In this document: positions 1 to 12,645 of the stretch, one piece after another | Position numbering within the stretch: the stretch's first letter is position 1 | Layout: every line of letters starts with the position of its first letter | From: Macrostomum lignano | Taxonomy: Eukaryota | Length of the DNA stretch: 64,000 nt | Assembly (NCBI GenBank): GCA_002269645.1 | Contig: NIVC01000358.1 | Span: 50,732-114,731 of the forward strand | Reading direction: 5' to 3' | Position numbers and translations under genes: made by a program | Notes under the pieces: generated by a model | Seen by the model: only the letters and a program-made list of their open reading frames with translations | Database searches by the model: none | Told to the model about the DNA's origin: nothing

Positions 1-739
1 TTAACTTTTTAAAAATCTACGTCGGCATTATACATAAACTATAAATATCATCTGGTCTGAAGTTGCCAACCACTGTGCGAAGAGAGTTTAAGTTAGAGGC
101 GTCTTTGGTTTCTACCGTAGACGATTCTGAGAAAGGGAAATTGATTTGGTCGCCTGCACTTGGAGCTGAGCGCAAAGTGAATTAGCAAAAACTAAATAAA
201 ATCAGTAGAAGTGCCTGGAGTATAAAAACCCATAAAGATACTCGTATAACGGTGTAAACAATCGCTTGTTCCAGCAAATTCTTAATTTAACAATCTTAGA
301 ATTGGGGCTTTGCTTTGTTAATCAAAAGTAACAATCAATAACAAGTAGTCTAAATCTGATCTGTCGTAAAAAAACAACTCAAAACATCAAACTGTTTTGA
401 GTCTTAGAAAGATCTACCAAAGATCTGCCAATTACTGTAAAAAAATAATAATTCAATTAGGCACGCCAGTTAAGTCTAAAAAGAAGAACGTGATAAAAAT
501 GTTTTCTATTAAAAATAAAGCACATAGCAATAATACCACCAGTTTCAGCTATTGGCAGAAACAAATTCAAAATACTATAAGTAATACAAACACGAGCGCA
601 CACATAAAATCAACAAAATATATTCAAAAGGTAATTTGGAATTTATCGGAATTATTTTGTTAACAAGATGACGGCAATATTAAAGATCAGTAAGATTCAC
701 AAAAAAGTGATTTAACTATCAGGAGGGACATTGGGTCAA

Positions 740-2349
740 TTAGACGCAACAAATCGTGAAAATGCTGACAGCCTTGCGTTTTTCTTGACAGACGGCTAGC
801 ATCGGAGGGTCGCCTTCCACGACTGCGAGGCCATATGGGTCAAACTTGTAACCACTATCAGTGCTACCAGAACCTTCTTCATGATCTTTGCTACTATTGC
901 TACTGTCATCTCCTTCACTTTCGTTCTCGTCATCTTCAGAAGCGAATTGAAGAGTCTGCAAAATGGTTCCGTCATTCAATAGGACATAAACTGAATCGGA
1001 CAGACTCCGGCTAACAAAGACCAATCCGGATGAATGAACCGCAACATCGGCAGGAAATTCGAAATCGGCGGGCTCGCTCAAATCAGTGGGATACGATACT
1101 ACGAGTTGGTGACTCACAATGCAAATCTTATGCAGCTGATCTGAAGCCCAATCGGTCATTAAATGAAGTGGCCAAAAGCAGACAGACCTTCATAAAGTAC
1201 ACCGCTATTAGTTGGGTAGTACTTCGATACGTCAATGACAGACTGCAATTGCTCGCCATCCTTTGCCAGACAAAAAATGCTGGAATTTTTCTGCTCCAGA
1301 AGAAACAATTTGTCCGAATTTCCGGTCATACCGACGAATTTGCATTCAGAAAGACCTAAGCTTTGGGCGTTGACGGCATGAGTTATAGAGCCACTCAGAT
1401 CTGCCACAGTCACAACGCTAGACTGCACGATATACAAACTTTGCCTATCGCTGTCACACTGAAGTCCAACAGCTTCCACAGACCAATCGATAGCACAGTT
1501 GACAGCTAGTCGCAATGGTCCATCAATTGATGTGGCAAGAATATGGTCCATACCAGAGTTAACATGAAAAACTACAAACAAGCACTGAGATGTAAGGCTA
1601 ATAGGCTTACTAACGACAGTTGATGCCTTCACCAAGTTGCCTTTCGAGTTTCCAACGTATCCGTTGGTGTTGCTGCAAACTGCAATCCACTGTGGCGCAC
1701 CTTCAAGCTCTAGAATTTCGGAATGAAGCTGACACAGCTCTTTCTTTTCTGTTTGGCTCGGAGTCTCGGTTGATTCGCAGAGTCTTGAAATTTCTTTCAT
1801 TTTTACTTCATTTAGCAAGCGAAGATCCCTCAAGCCACCGCTTACATCGCCAACAACTCTGGTATCGCAATTTACTTTCTCGTTGGCTTCAAGCTTCTCT
1901 TCTAGGTCAGTGCACTTTAGCTCCATTTCAGAAGTGAGTTCAAACACCTTTCTAGTATTTTCATCACTCTCAGCTGCAGTAATTGCATTTTCATATTCCT
2001 GCAGCATTGAAAACTCTCCTAAATTTTGCAAAGCATTGTCGTGCCTTTCAGTCAACAGAGTAGTGACAGCTGACCTCCACTTTACCCACGAGTCCAAAGC
2101 TTCATCAAACAGATCCTCTACAGCCTGCAGCTCAACAGCCAGAGTTTGCTGACGAATCCTAATCTTGTCCCGCTCGGCAAGCATCGGCTCTAACCTAGCC
2201 TTCATCGAAATTCGTAATTCTCTAACTTTCTCGCTGTCCTGGGCCAGGTGCCTTACACAGAGTGGCTGAGGAATCCGACCACCAAAACCGGATGCGGGGT
2301 TGACGCAACCTCGAATGAAGCACTGGTCGGAAGCAGATTGCTCAGACAT
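740..2349 (-). CDS. Intronless TRIM-NHL-like protein (N-terminal C-x4-C...C-x2-H Zn finger, coiled coil, NHL-like beta-propeller), copy 1. Split by a 1-nt deletion at about 1161.
   Basis: ORFs 1159..2349 and 740..1159 align end to end with the intact paralogue 3243..4784 (EGLSAFGHFI/MTDW vs ESMAVLDNALLLTDW). The junction reads ATT TA ATG, one T short of ATT TTA ATG. NHL-like motifs include FPADVAVHSSGLVFVS and DPYGLAV. Confidence 0.75.
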
Positions 2350-3242
2350 AGATGCAGCAGAAATTCAATATTGGTGGTATTCAGTTTAACGTCAATTCTT
2401 ATTGCGGAGAAATATTGTTTTCAGATGAGATAGTGGCAGAAATTATCCAATTCTGAACACTCCAGTTACAATAACTCCTCTTAAAAGTACGTATCTAACG
2501 AGGCGAAAGAGTCAAAGGTAAATCGCGTCTCGCTTCACAATCCATCACGAACAAACGATTTGGCGCTTGTAAATAAAAAAAATTACCGGTGCATTTCTGC
2601 GGCTTTGCATATTCCAAAAAATGTCTTTGAAACGAAAGGTTGTAAAAAGGGACAAATAGTAGAGCGACTATTTGGGCTATTGAGTTCGTTTGAAGTTCGT
2701 TTGAATCTCTAACGACAATGACATGCTTTATATTAGAGCTCGCTACATAATTAGAAACTAAACAAATCAAATGCAATTCTTTTAATGTCCAAAATAAATT
2801 AAAACTTTGGCATATATTTTTTGTTTAAAACAAAAAAGACAAACGGTATAGCTGCAAGAATTTAGCTATAAAGACACGGCGACGCCAAATGGATTTACAA
2901 TTGCCAGTAATTCCTAAAGAGGGGTTTATTAAGCTTTTCGGTTTGACAGAAACTACGTGTTTGAATAAAAACTACCTGAACTTTTAATTTAGCTTACAAA
3001 CAAAATTGTAAAAGTAAGTAATTCAACCTAAAATTAACAATAATATGAGAAAATGCAAGTCAAATTTAACTTGAGAATGAAAAAAAAACGTGTAGGCCGA
3101 ATACAACGAACCAAAACCTTGAAAAAATTATGGAAAAAATAAAAAGCTAATACGTGCAAAAACCTGGAACCAAAAAACAACTAGAAATTATATAATTTGA
3201 CTTGTAAGACGCGTCGGTCAGTCGTCGCACAATGTATAGAAA

Positions 3243-4784
3243 TCACTCGCAGTCAATGCGAATGCGGTAAACGCTGATGCTATTTCCTATTCGCTGGGAC
3301 ACTAGTAGCAAATCGGGTTTGCCATCAACGATGGTAAGCCGGCACGGCTTGTTCATGGGCTCATTAATTGGGCCAAAAATACTGATTGTTCCGAGGCTCT
3401 GCAACAGAAACCCGTCGTTTCTTAGGACGCGCACCATATGCTTTGAACGCTCGCTGACAAATATGAGGCCAGAGCGGTGAGCCGCAACACCGGACGGGTC
3501 TGCGATGGTTTTTAGCGCGGTTTCTTTGCTTGGATACGATACGATTACATGACCGCTCGCGATGCAGACTTTATGTAGCAACTTAGCGTTCCAATCGGTC
3601 AGTAGCAAGGCGTTGTCTAGCACAGCCATGCTCTCAATGTGAGTACCATAGTGAGAAATACCTTTGATTGAAATAACGGACTGGACCCTACCACTGCCTT
3701 TGTCGATGCAAAACACTTGCTTGCTCTGCTCACACTGCTGTAAAGCAAATATCTTGTCCGTATTGCAGGTCATCCCGATTAGCTGGCACTGCTGGCCAAA
3801 GTTGCTAGAGTCAACGAAACGCATCGCTTTACCGCTAAGATCTGTCATCCGTACTGAATTGGACTGAGCAACAAAGAGAGCCTGCCGTTTGCTATCGCAG
3901 CAAAGTCCGACAATTGGCTTGGACCAGTCGATATTGCTGTACACTTTTAGTCGGATAGATCCATCTATTGAGCATGCCGAAAAATGATCAACTTTTGATG
4001 TTGAATGGAATGCAACAAAAATGCACGGCTCAGGAATGGGAACAACAATGTCATCTGCAGCCGGATCCGCCTTGATAACTCGATTCAATGTGTCAGCGGT
4101 GAAACCTTTCGTATTGCTGCAAGATGTCACGTGAGTAGGAGAGCCCTCTAGATTAGCAATTTTGCACTGGAACTCACAGATGGAAGTCTCTTTAGAGGGC
4201 ATACCTCCAGGCTCGCAAAGCTGCATCGTGTAACTCATTTGTCGGCTAATTGACAGCTGCAGATCTCTAAGGCTACCGCTAATGTCACCAACGATTCTCT
4301 GAGCACAGTTTTGGTTATTATTGTCGAGCTCAATTTGCTCTTCCAGGTCGCTAGATTCAAGATCCATCGCGGCAGTTAGGTCAAAAACTTTCCTAACGTC
4401 ATTGTTATTCTCAGCTTCAGTGACGGCGCTTTTAAACTGTTGCAGTATGGAGAACTTGCTCAGCTTCTGCAGCACACTGTTGTGCTTTGTAGTTAGTCGG
4501 TCTAGAATAACGGTTTTCCACCTTGTCAGCAAAGCCAATACAGACTCGAACAGTTCCTCGGACTCTTCCAGTTCTGCAGCCAGGGCCTGTTGCTGCAATC
4601 GAAGAGCGTTTCTGTGAGCCAGGAAAGTTTCCAGCTTATTAAGCACAGATTTGTGAAACTCTTGCACTCTCTGCTTGTCCTGTTCAAGATGCCTCTCACA
4701 CAACGGATGCGGTATTCTTGCGCCAGTGCCCGAGACGGGAGCGACGCAGCCTCGGATGTAGCATTCTGGATCTGTGCCGCTCAT
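3243..4784 (-). CDS. Intronless TRIM-NHL-like protein, copy 2 (513 aa, intact)
   Basis: Single ORF with CYIRGC...LCERH Zn motif and a long heptad-rich helix (about aa 30-190). The C-terminal propeller has DPSGVAAHRSGLIFVSE and KPCRLTIV. It is clearly paralogous to copy 1. Confidence 0.8.
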   Translation of the reverse strand: MSGTDPECYIRGCVAPVSGTGARIPHPLCERHLEQDKQRVQEFHKSVLNKLETFLAHRNALRLQQQALAAELEESEELFESVLALLTRWKTVILDRLTTKHNSVLQKLSKFSILQQFKSAVTEAENNNDVRKVFDLTAAMDLESSDLEEQIELDNNNQNCAQRIVGDISGSLRDLQLSISRQMSYTMQLCEPGGMPSKETSICEFQCKIANLEGSPTHVTSCSNTKGFTADTLNRVIKADPAADDIVVPIPEPCIFVAFHSTSKVDHFSACSIDGSIRLKVYSNIDWSKPIVGLCCDSKRQALFVAQSNSVRMTDLSGKAMRFVDSSNFGQQCQLIGMTCNTDKIFALQQCEQSKQVFCIDKGSGRVQSVISIKGISHYGTHIESMAVLDNALLLTDWNAKLLHKVCIASGHVIVSYPSKETALKTIADPSGVAAHRSGLIFVSERSKHMVRVLRNDGFLLQSLGTISIFGPINEPMNKPCRLTIVDGKPDLLLVSQRIGNSISVYRIRIDCE

Positions 4785-7039
4785 TTTGCATCAAGATACA
4801 TGCAAATGCAATGTGTTGATTGACAAGATAATAATAAATATCAGGCATTTATCTAAGATGAGATAGGTAACCTAATTAGCTGAATGTACCAGCATCTAAA
4901 TTTTACAGTTTTTTGTGATTGAAGAAAAAAATTAAATAAAAAATATTTTACTCTATCTACCATCTGACCTCACAAACTTACATACGTCACAGGACCTAGA
5001 TAAACACGAAAAAATAAAGGATACAAAAATGACTCATTTGAGTGTTTTACACTCATTGTAATAGAAACTATTGCGATCAAAAAACATGATTGTATAAATT
5101 ATTAAAGATCCACATTAAAATAAAGCCACCAATATTTTCGAGAAAAGATTTGCATCCTAAATTTTGAGGCATTTAATTAATCAGAAGGCATGAGAAGTAT
5201 ACGAGATGCCGAATAAACGTCAAAAATGAATTTCAATCGAAAACAAAATCATGCAATCGCGTAAAAGTTGCTATTCAATAAAAATAGCGGCAATTTATTA
5301 AAAGTTGTTAATATACGGACTCAATCGGTACATGCCTATCGACTATATTTCTAGAACTGTTCCGGCAACACGAGCACGCTGCCGTAGCTCACTACGTACC
5401 GTCGTTACTCGATACTCACATTGCCGGCCATGGCGCGTTTCAACTTATTAACTTTAATCTTATTAATGATCCAACATTGTACTCGTAAACAGCCTAATGA
5501 CAACAGAATGATAGTTAAATAATTAGTTATTTCAACACCTTTGACGCAATGTTATGCTTCTTTCCGTGGCTTGTAAATGACGTCATGGACCATAGAACAT
5601 TGCTTCGTTACAACGCACAGGTGATAACTGATAACGCAATTATGTTATAATTGCATATCATTTTTTTAATTTGTATGAATAAATCAAGTCTTATGGCTTT
5701 TTGCTTTAAAGAAAAACTTTTTGTGCAACTCGCCGCCGCATAACCGATTATGATTTTGAGTAATCTGTAACTGTACAAACTTAAAGTATAGTTATGCTTT
5801 TGCACTCTGAATTTGTAGTACGGGTCAAAATTGTCACTCAAGCAGAAGTGTTTTTTGTTAAATTGTTTATTTATATTTAGTTTTTAGTTAAAATATTGTT
5901 AAAAGCAACACTCTGTTATTGCTATTATTAAGTAAACAGTTATATAGATAACAGTTGTGAAACGGTTAGTTTTTTGCATTTCGCATAGGACTTGCAGCAG
6001 TATATAAACCGTAACAGTTATTCTCTACTCCTAAAAAACAAGTCCAAGATGTATAAACACAGAACGAAATTCCTTATATACGTAAGGAAATCGTTTTGTT
6101 TTAACTGGGGTTCTAAAGTGCTGGTGTCTCGAAGCTTGCTGTAATATACAGAAATAAAAATAAGTACAACGTTCTGAGAGCCAGTATTTTTTGTAGAAAT
6201 TTCTCACTTTTTCTTCAAATTTCGAAACTTCAATTTCTATTTGTCAACCTGGAAACACAGCTATCCTAGGACTATCAATTTATTGAAATCTAAAAAGAAA
6301 TAAAAAACGATTTGTTTGCGAAATCTGCAATTAAAGAAACGATTGAGATCAAAATGTCATTCCTATTAGTGCAAATTATATTTATTAAATCGAATATGCA
6401 CGGAAAATGATCAATATCTGCACACATCTGCCAGAATGTCAACTATGTTGTGACAGGCTATGCTCATTATTTACTAGTAAAAGCATAGCGGCAACTGTAG
6501 TATATCAGCAAGCACAGCCTTCTGAGGAATTAAAACAGTCAATATAGCTTTGAAAACATGGAAATCGATTCCAGCATCACTAATAATTTGAAGTAGAGAA
6601 ACAAAGGCGAAAAAGCGATGTAAATTTAATCCAAACGCAGAACTGAGCAAAGCATATTAGGAAAATTATAGAAAAACATTCAATCTCAGCTTGATAATAT
6701 AGCACGGTTAAAAGTTACAACTACTCAAAACACGTGGAACTATAATTTTATTATGAAACATACAAAAATGAAAATGCTGCTTGCCTAATTCGTTCACTCA
6801 TCTCGAAAATCATGCAGTAGCTACCCCAGATACTAGAACAACTAGATTTGTCGCTCGCAATCGCAATTTATGTTGTGAATAAGTCTACTTGTTTTTTAGT
6901 AGTTTGTCTGCGCAGTTTCTTTTAAATTAAATGTGGCAGCTGACACCGGGGTTTGCCGCCTCAGGAGCATATTGGGTGAATAATGAACAAAAAGCATTAA
7001 ACTCGATGTACACAAGTGAACGCAAGACGGACAAAACTC

Positions 7040-7257
7040 TGCCTAGGGAGCAGGCTCAATCTAGCTCAGCCAATGAGGGAGCAGTAAGGAGAGAGGGCAA
7101 AGTCAGAAGGACGAAACTCAGCCTAGGGGTAGGCCCATCTGGATCAGCCAATGAGAGAGCAGTAAGGAGAGAGGGCAAAGTCAGACTGACGAAACTCAGC
7201 CTAGGGGTAGGCCCAATCTGGATCAACCAATGAGAGAGCAGTAAGGAGAGAGGGTAA
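7040..7257. repeat. About 3 copies of a 78-79 bp tandem repeat
   Basis: CAATGAG(A/G)GAGCAGTAAGGAGAGAGGG recurs at 7071, 7149 and 7228. Confidence 0.85.
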
Positions 7258-8163
7258 TGAGGCTTGCTATGCACACTGAAATTTGGAGTGCTAAATAAAT
7301 CCTTGTTAAATATTTTCAAGCCTAAAGCGGTCTATAAAACAGGATGAAGATGCTAATTTAATCGATCTACTTGTAGAAACCAGAGGCCACCGTTGCAGCT
7401 TAAAAAACTTAATATCAAGTAAATCACAGCATTTTTGTGAGTGACAGATCTTTTTTTAGTATATGTGCTAGTTACATATACATGTATTAACAGTAACAAT
7501 GATTAATCAAAGACAAAGCAAATAAACAATTTGCTATGAAATAGAAATGAAAAATGGTGCCAAAATGAGTGAGCATATCTACATGAACTACAGAGACAGA
7601 AGAGAACTTAGAATACCTAAGCAAGAGATCAGTTTCAATAGTGTTAAAAATGACTTAGTACATTTTGCGCTTGCTAAAGAAAATATACATCCAAAAATTA
7701 TTCCGAGTAGTAACGGTCAAAATAATAGTAGAAAACAAAGGGTATATTAGTTACAAAGACTAGTTGGCAGTCTAAAGACGATATCAAGGAAGTCAACACG
7801 GGGTTCCAGATACACAGCCAGAAAATGTCTTCACACTTACTACATACTTCACAGGAATTTAATAAACATGTAAGGCATACGAGCCATAATTTTCGATAAA
7901 TATGAAACTATTTAATGGAGTTCGATTAGATGTTATAAGCAAAAGATAAATATAATACACCCTGTGCTTAAGAAATTATAGCAACTGATAGGCCACTAAT
8001 ACTTTAAAATCTATGCGTAATTATGGCTTTTCTATTTTTCTAGATTGGATTTAGGGGGGGGGGGAGGGTGCGATTCCTTTGCGTTGGCGACTGAACCTTT
8101 TTACTTTCACAGAACTATTTTTAGGTAAATACGGCGCTAATCAGAGCTTTTTTTGAAAATTGT

Positions 8164-8592
8164 CACGCATAAAAGTGGGGCAGTCACAATTTTTGATCAC
8201 CGTCAATTAATGTGACCCTGCAATGTGACTGTCAAATAAATGGTTACTCACGTAAACGTCAATGTGACTGTCAAAAAATTAAACGACCGTCATTTTCACC
8301 CTGTGCGTTAGATTAGATTGATTTAAGAAAACATATAACGGCAAAAACAAACAACTTGATATAAGTGACTTATATTTGAAGGTCACATAAGTGACCATTT
8401 ATTTGATGATCACATTAGAGGGTCACGTAGATGGTCACATTGACGATCACATAAGTAGGCGTTTATTAGACGGTCACATAAGTGACCATATATTTGACGG
8501 TCACATTGAAAGATCACTTTGACGGTCACATGCGATACCGTTGTTTGAGTGTCGAGAAATGTCGAAATGTGACCGCTACACTTTTATACGGG
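8164..8592. mobile_element. Non-autonomous DNA transposon (MITE-like) with imperfect TIRs and inverted subterminal ATGTGACCGTCAA repeats
   Basis: Left end CACGCATAAAAGTG..CAGTCACA vs reverse complement of right end CCCGTATAAAAGTG..CGGTCACA. GTGAC(C/T)GTC motifs in the left half are mirrored by GACGGTCAC in the right half. No clear TSD. Confidence 0.6.
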
Positions 8593-8695
8593 CAGTTGAA
8601 CACTTACTATCATATCTAGGTGCTTGAACAAAACAGAAATAATAAATAATAATCCTGAGAAATCATTATTATAAACTACACAGCGCTGAGCAAGT

Positions 8696-11600
8696 CTACT
8701 CCAGAGCAGGAGGAAACAGGCGCTCTTCAACGTATTTCAATTGCCACACTTTCCCTGCCAATCGCTGGAATCTCTCCGGCCCCATTATGTCGCGCAGAGC
8801 GTCTTCGACGTCGTCTGGATCGCGCGAAGCGTCGTCAAGAACTTCGTAGCAACGTCGCAACAGTTGCAGACCGAGCTGTTGAAGACAGTCGCGCCTCAGC
8901 TGCACCATACGGTCGCGCATTCGTCCAGTACGGCCCAGGGTCTCCTCTTTAGACTCGATCGGTCCGCATTCGCTGTCGTCGGCTTCGTTGTCAACCTCCG
9001 TCGGGTTTGACGCTGACGCCAAGTCCGATGCCGCCGCTCCAGACCTCGGCGAAGCTGCCGCAGCAGCCGCGGCCACAGTCAGAGTCTGGTTCATGTGCTC
9101 CACTAAATCGGCCATCTCCGCCGCCTGCTGCTGCTCGCGATCGCCTGAATTGCTTCGGCTGCCACCGCCTCCGCCGCCGCCGCCGCTAGAGCCGTTTCTA
9201 TCGGCGGTTTTATCAGACACTGGCGATTGAGATTTCTTCTGTCTCTTCTGCCGCTTCTCTGAGGCATCAGCCTCGTGCTCGCTGCTGTCTCTGCCGGCAT
9301 CGTTGCCGACTGCCGCCGCCGCTGGCACGGAAGCTTTTGGCGAATCGCGTGGCTGAAAATTAGCAAATAAAGAAATCGCTTTTTATCTATTTTGGGGCTT
9401 GCAGCCTCGCGGTTAAGAGCGTCGAACTCACGACTGAAAAGGACCCACTCGGAACAGTTTGTGGTCCTTGAGCAAGACACTTAACTCTGCATTGCTTCAG
9501 TTCACTCAGCTGTAAAATGGGTGCCAGCATTAGCTGGGGTAATTGAGGGTGTGTGGCGACCCCCCCCATCCTTGGGCTGAACAGCCGTACGCAGTCTTTA
9601 AAGTACCTAAAGCGGTACCTAGGTAAAAAAGCGTCCCAGAGTTGTTGCAGGGAACACGGGTGAAACAGGAACGACTCTAAAACGACGAGATGTCAGAGTA
9701 CAAATCGTTAGAGTCGCTTAAAAGTAAATTTGAAGCGTCGGTTTGTCTGCGACTCTGAAACGACCTTGGGGCGCTTCTATAATGAATCTGGGGGCCGTAT
9801 AGTCCCCCATATAGAGTTAGAAACGCATTTGAATTTATAACAACAGCTTTATTTAGTCTACTTGAGTTAGTAGAAATTTCAGCGCTAACACGATTCGCTA
9901 ACTCTCTGGGATGCATGTACAAAACTTCAAACAACTCACTGAAAGTCTCGGATTGGCCGTCTTCGGTCTCCTTTGCTTCTGTTTGAGCACTAACGACTGC
10001 AGATTAGAATACTGTTCAGAGTTGGTAAATGCTGAAATTTACAAATACGTGCCATTGAGATTATGATTTTAAGGCATCAGATTCAAGGGAGATTTCATGT
10101 ACAGATTCTAGGGAGATTATCATGTACAGATGTTTCAAGGGTATAATCATGTGCAGATTCAAGGGAGGTAGATATAATCATGTACAGATTCAAGGGAGAT
10201 TATCATGTACAGATTCAATTATCATGTACAGATTCAAGGTACAGATTCTAGGGAGATTATCATGTACAGATTCAAGGGAGATTATCATGTACAGATTCAA
10301 GGGAGATTATCATGTACAGATTCTAGGGAGATTATCATGTACAGATTCAATATATCATGTACAGATTCAAGGGGTATAATCATGTGCAGATTCAAGGAGA
10401 TTATCATGTACAGATTCTAGGGAGATTATCATGTACAGATTCAAGTATTCATGTACAGATTCAAGGGGTATAATCATGTACAGATTCTAGGGAGATTATC
10501 ATATACAGATTCAAGGGTATATCATGTACAGATTCAAGGGGTATATCATGTACAGATAGGGAGATTATCATGTACAGATTCAAGGGAGATTATCATGTAC
10601 AGATTCAAGGGGTATAATCATGTGCAGATTCAAGGGAGATTATCATGTACAGATTCAAGGGTATAATCATGTACAGATTCTAGGGAGATTTCATGTACAG
10701 ATTCAAGGGGTATAATCATGTACAGATTCAAGGGGTATATCATGTACAGATTCAAGGGAGATTATCATGTACAGATTCAAGGGGTATATCATATACAGAT
10801 TCAAGGGAGATTATCATGTACAGATTCAAGGTATAATCATGTACAGATTCAAGGGAGATCATGTACAGATTCAAGGAGATTATCATGTACAGATTCAAGG
10901 GTATAATCATGTGCAGATTCAAGGGAGACTATCATGTAAAAAACATGCTAAAATGGCGACTCACCTGGCGAATTGAGCCCCAAATGTTCGCGACGCCTTC
11001 GACGAGCGGCCGTGTTAACTCTGGGCGAAGCTTCAACAACAGCTTTTACCGCGGATGGTGTCGCTGCTGCCGCAGCCGCGCCGCCGCAGACTCCGGCACA
11101 GCCTCAGCCTCGAGCTCCGAAGCTACCGACGAAGATTTTGGCAACTTCGGCGCTGGCGCCGGAGTCGATGGCGCCGAGGTGCACGACGAGGAGGAATTTC
11201 GTCTAGACGATGGAGACGAAAACGGAGGCATGGAAGGTTGCGGAGCCGGCGCTGCCGATGTCGGCGGTCGAGGAGGCCGTCGGACATGCTCCTGCTGGTG
11301 CTGCTGTCGTTGAAGTTGTTGCGCCGAAGATGGCGAAGGCGGCAGCGGCTGCCGGCTGGCACTGTTTGGCGCGGTGCCAGGACGTCGCGTACTTTCTAGG
11401 AATAGTTGAATACTCCGACGAATGAACGGATCGCGCAGGATTCGATTCACGGATGGTCGTTTCTCAGGACTGAGATTGAGCATGCTGCGCATGAGTTCAA
11501 GCAGTTCACTGCTGTACTGTGTAGGCATATCCGGTGTGCGACCTTTGAGAATCTTGTAGGACAATGAGCTGAAGTCTCTGGCGTTGAACGCGTGCTTTAG

Positions 11601-12645
11601 TGTGGCCATTTCGTACACGCAGCAGCCGAGAGCCCACACGTCCGACTGGGAATGGTAGGGTAGCATTTGGATTCTATTCTACCGGATATTGGAATTCCAT
11701 TCTACCGGATATTGGAATTCTATTCTCTACCAGATATCGGAATTCTATTCTACCAGAAAGTGGAATTCTATTCTCTACCAGATATTGGAATTCTATTCTC
11801 TACCAGATATTGGAATTCTATTCTACCAGATATCAGACTACTATTCTACCGGATATTGGAATTCTATTCTACCGGATATTGGAATTCTATTCTACCGGAT
11901 ATTGGAATTCTATTCTACCGGATATCACACTACTATTCTACCGGATATTAGAATTCTAAGACTTCTCAGATTTAGTATATTAGATTGTACCATATATAAG
12001 AGTTCCATTCTACTAGATTATTAAATCAATTCTATGATCAGTCTACTAGACTTTAGAATCAAGAATAGTCCTAAACAATAAACCAGCACAAACCTTGTGA
12101 TTATAGGGCTTGTTAGAGAACAGCTCCGGGCTCATATAGTATGGTGTACCAATAAGCGTCTTGGCCATATCATTGGATGAGTCCAGCACCCGAGCAATCC
12201 CAAGGTCGCCAACTTTGATAATTTTAGATCTTGTCAAAAAGATATTCTGAGTTTTTAAATCTCTGTGCAAAATGTTTCTCTCGTGCATGTATTGCAAAGC
12301 CATGGCAACCTGGACGAACCATTCCACTATTTGCCTCTCTGGCAGCGGTACACCTTTCTGCTCTTTAAGCTTCGTGTACACGTCGCCACCTTCGCAATAG
12401 GCCATCACAATGTAGAGGATACCCTCCAGTTCAAATGAGTCCCTATAGCCAACTATGTTGGGATGCTTCAACTGGGACAGCAGTTTGCACTCCTGCTCAG
12501 CACTCTTGCGCTCTTTCTGGCTAGCATTGACCAGGCTGATCTTCTTCAACACATACTGGCGCCTATCTTTCTGATGCTTGGACAGCCACACCTCTCCATA
12601 GCTGCCTTTCCCTATCTGCTTGATTAGCTGATACTCGCCAAGCAT
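8696..12645 (-). CDS. NEK4: NIMA-related kinase NEK4-like. Exons 12645-12094, 11645-10965 (1-nt deletion near 11080), 10031-9940 (less certain), 9352-8696.
   Basis: Kinase motifs GKGSYGEV, HRDLKTQNIFLT, GDLGIARVL, GTPYYMSPELFSNKPYNHK|SDVWALGCCVYEMATLKHAFNA match NEK4 from memory. The C-terminal LRRDCLQQLGLQLL...WQLKYVEE matches the NEK C-terminal domain. GT-AG sites and phases (0,1,0) are consistent once the 1-nt deletion is restored. Confidence 0.9.
9393..9600 (+). mobile_element. CORE-SINE (MIR-like core) in the last NEK4 intron
   Basis: 9460-9521 TGTGGTCCTTGAGCAAGACACTTAACTCTGCATTGCTTCAGTTCACTCAGCTGTAAAATGGG aligns with the recalled MIR core TGTGACCTTGGGCAAGTCACTTAACCTCTCTGTGCCTCAGTTTCCTCATCTGTAAAATGGG. 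It is preceded by a decayed tRNA-like head (GCGGTTAAGAGC). Confidence 0.75.
10078..10938. repeat. Intronic minisatellite, about 25-bp unit TACAGATTCAAGGGAGATTATCATG
   Basis: Direct tandem array inside NEK4 intron 2. Confidence 0.95.
11666..11957. repeat. Intronic minisatellite, 23-25-bp unit CTATTCTACCGGATATTGGAATT
   Basis: Tandem array inside NEK4 intron 1. Confidence 0.95.

Noticed and set aside
397-663. Short AT-rich ORFs here and throughout the intergenic DNA
   Set aside because: Composition is unlike the GC-rich true exons, with no motifs.
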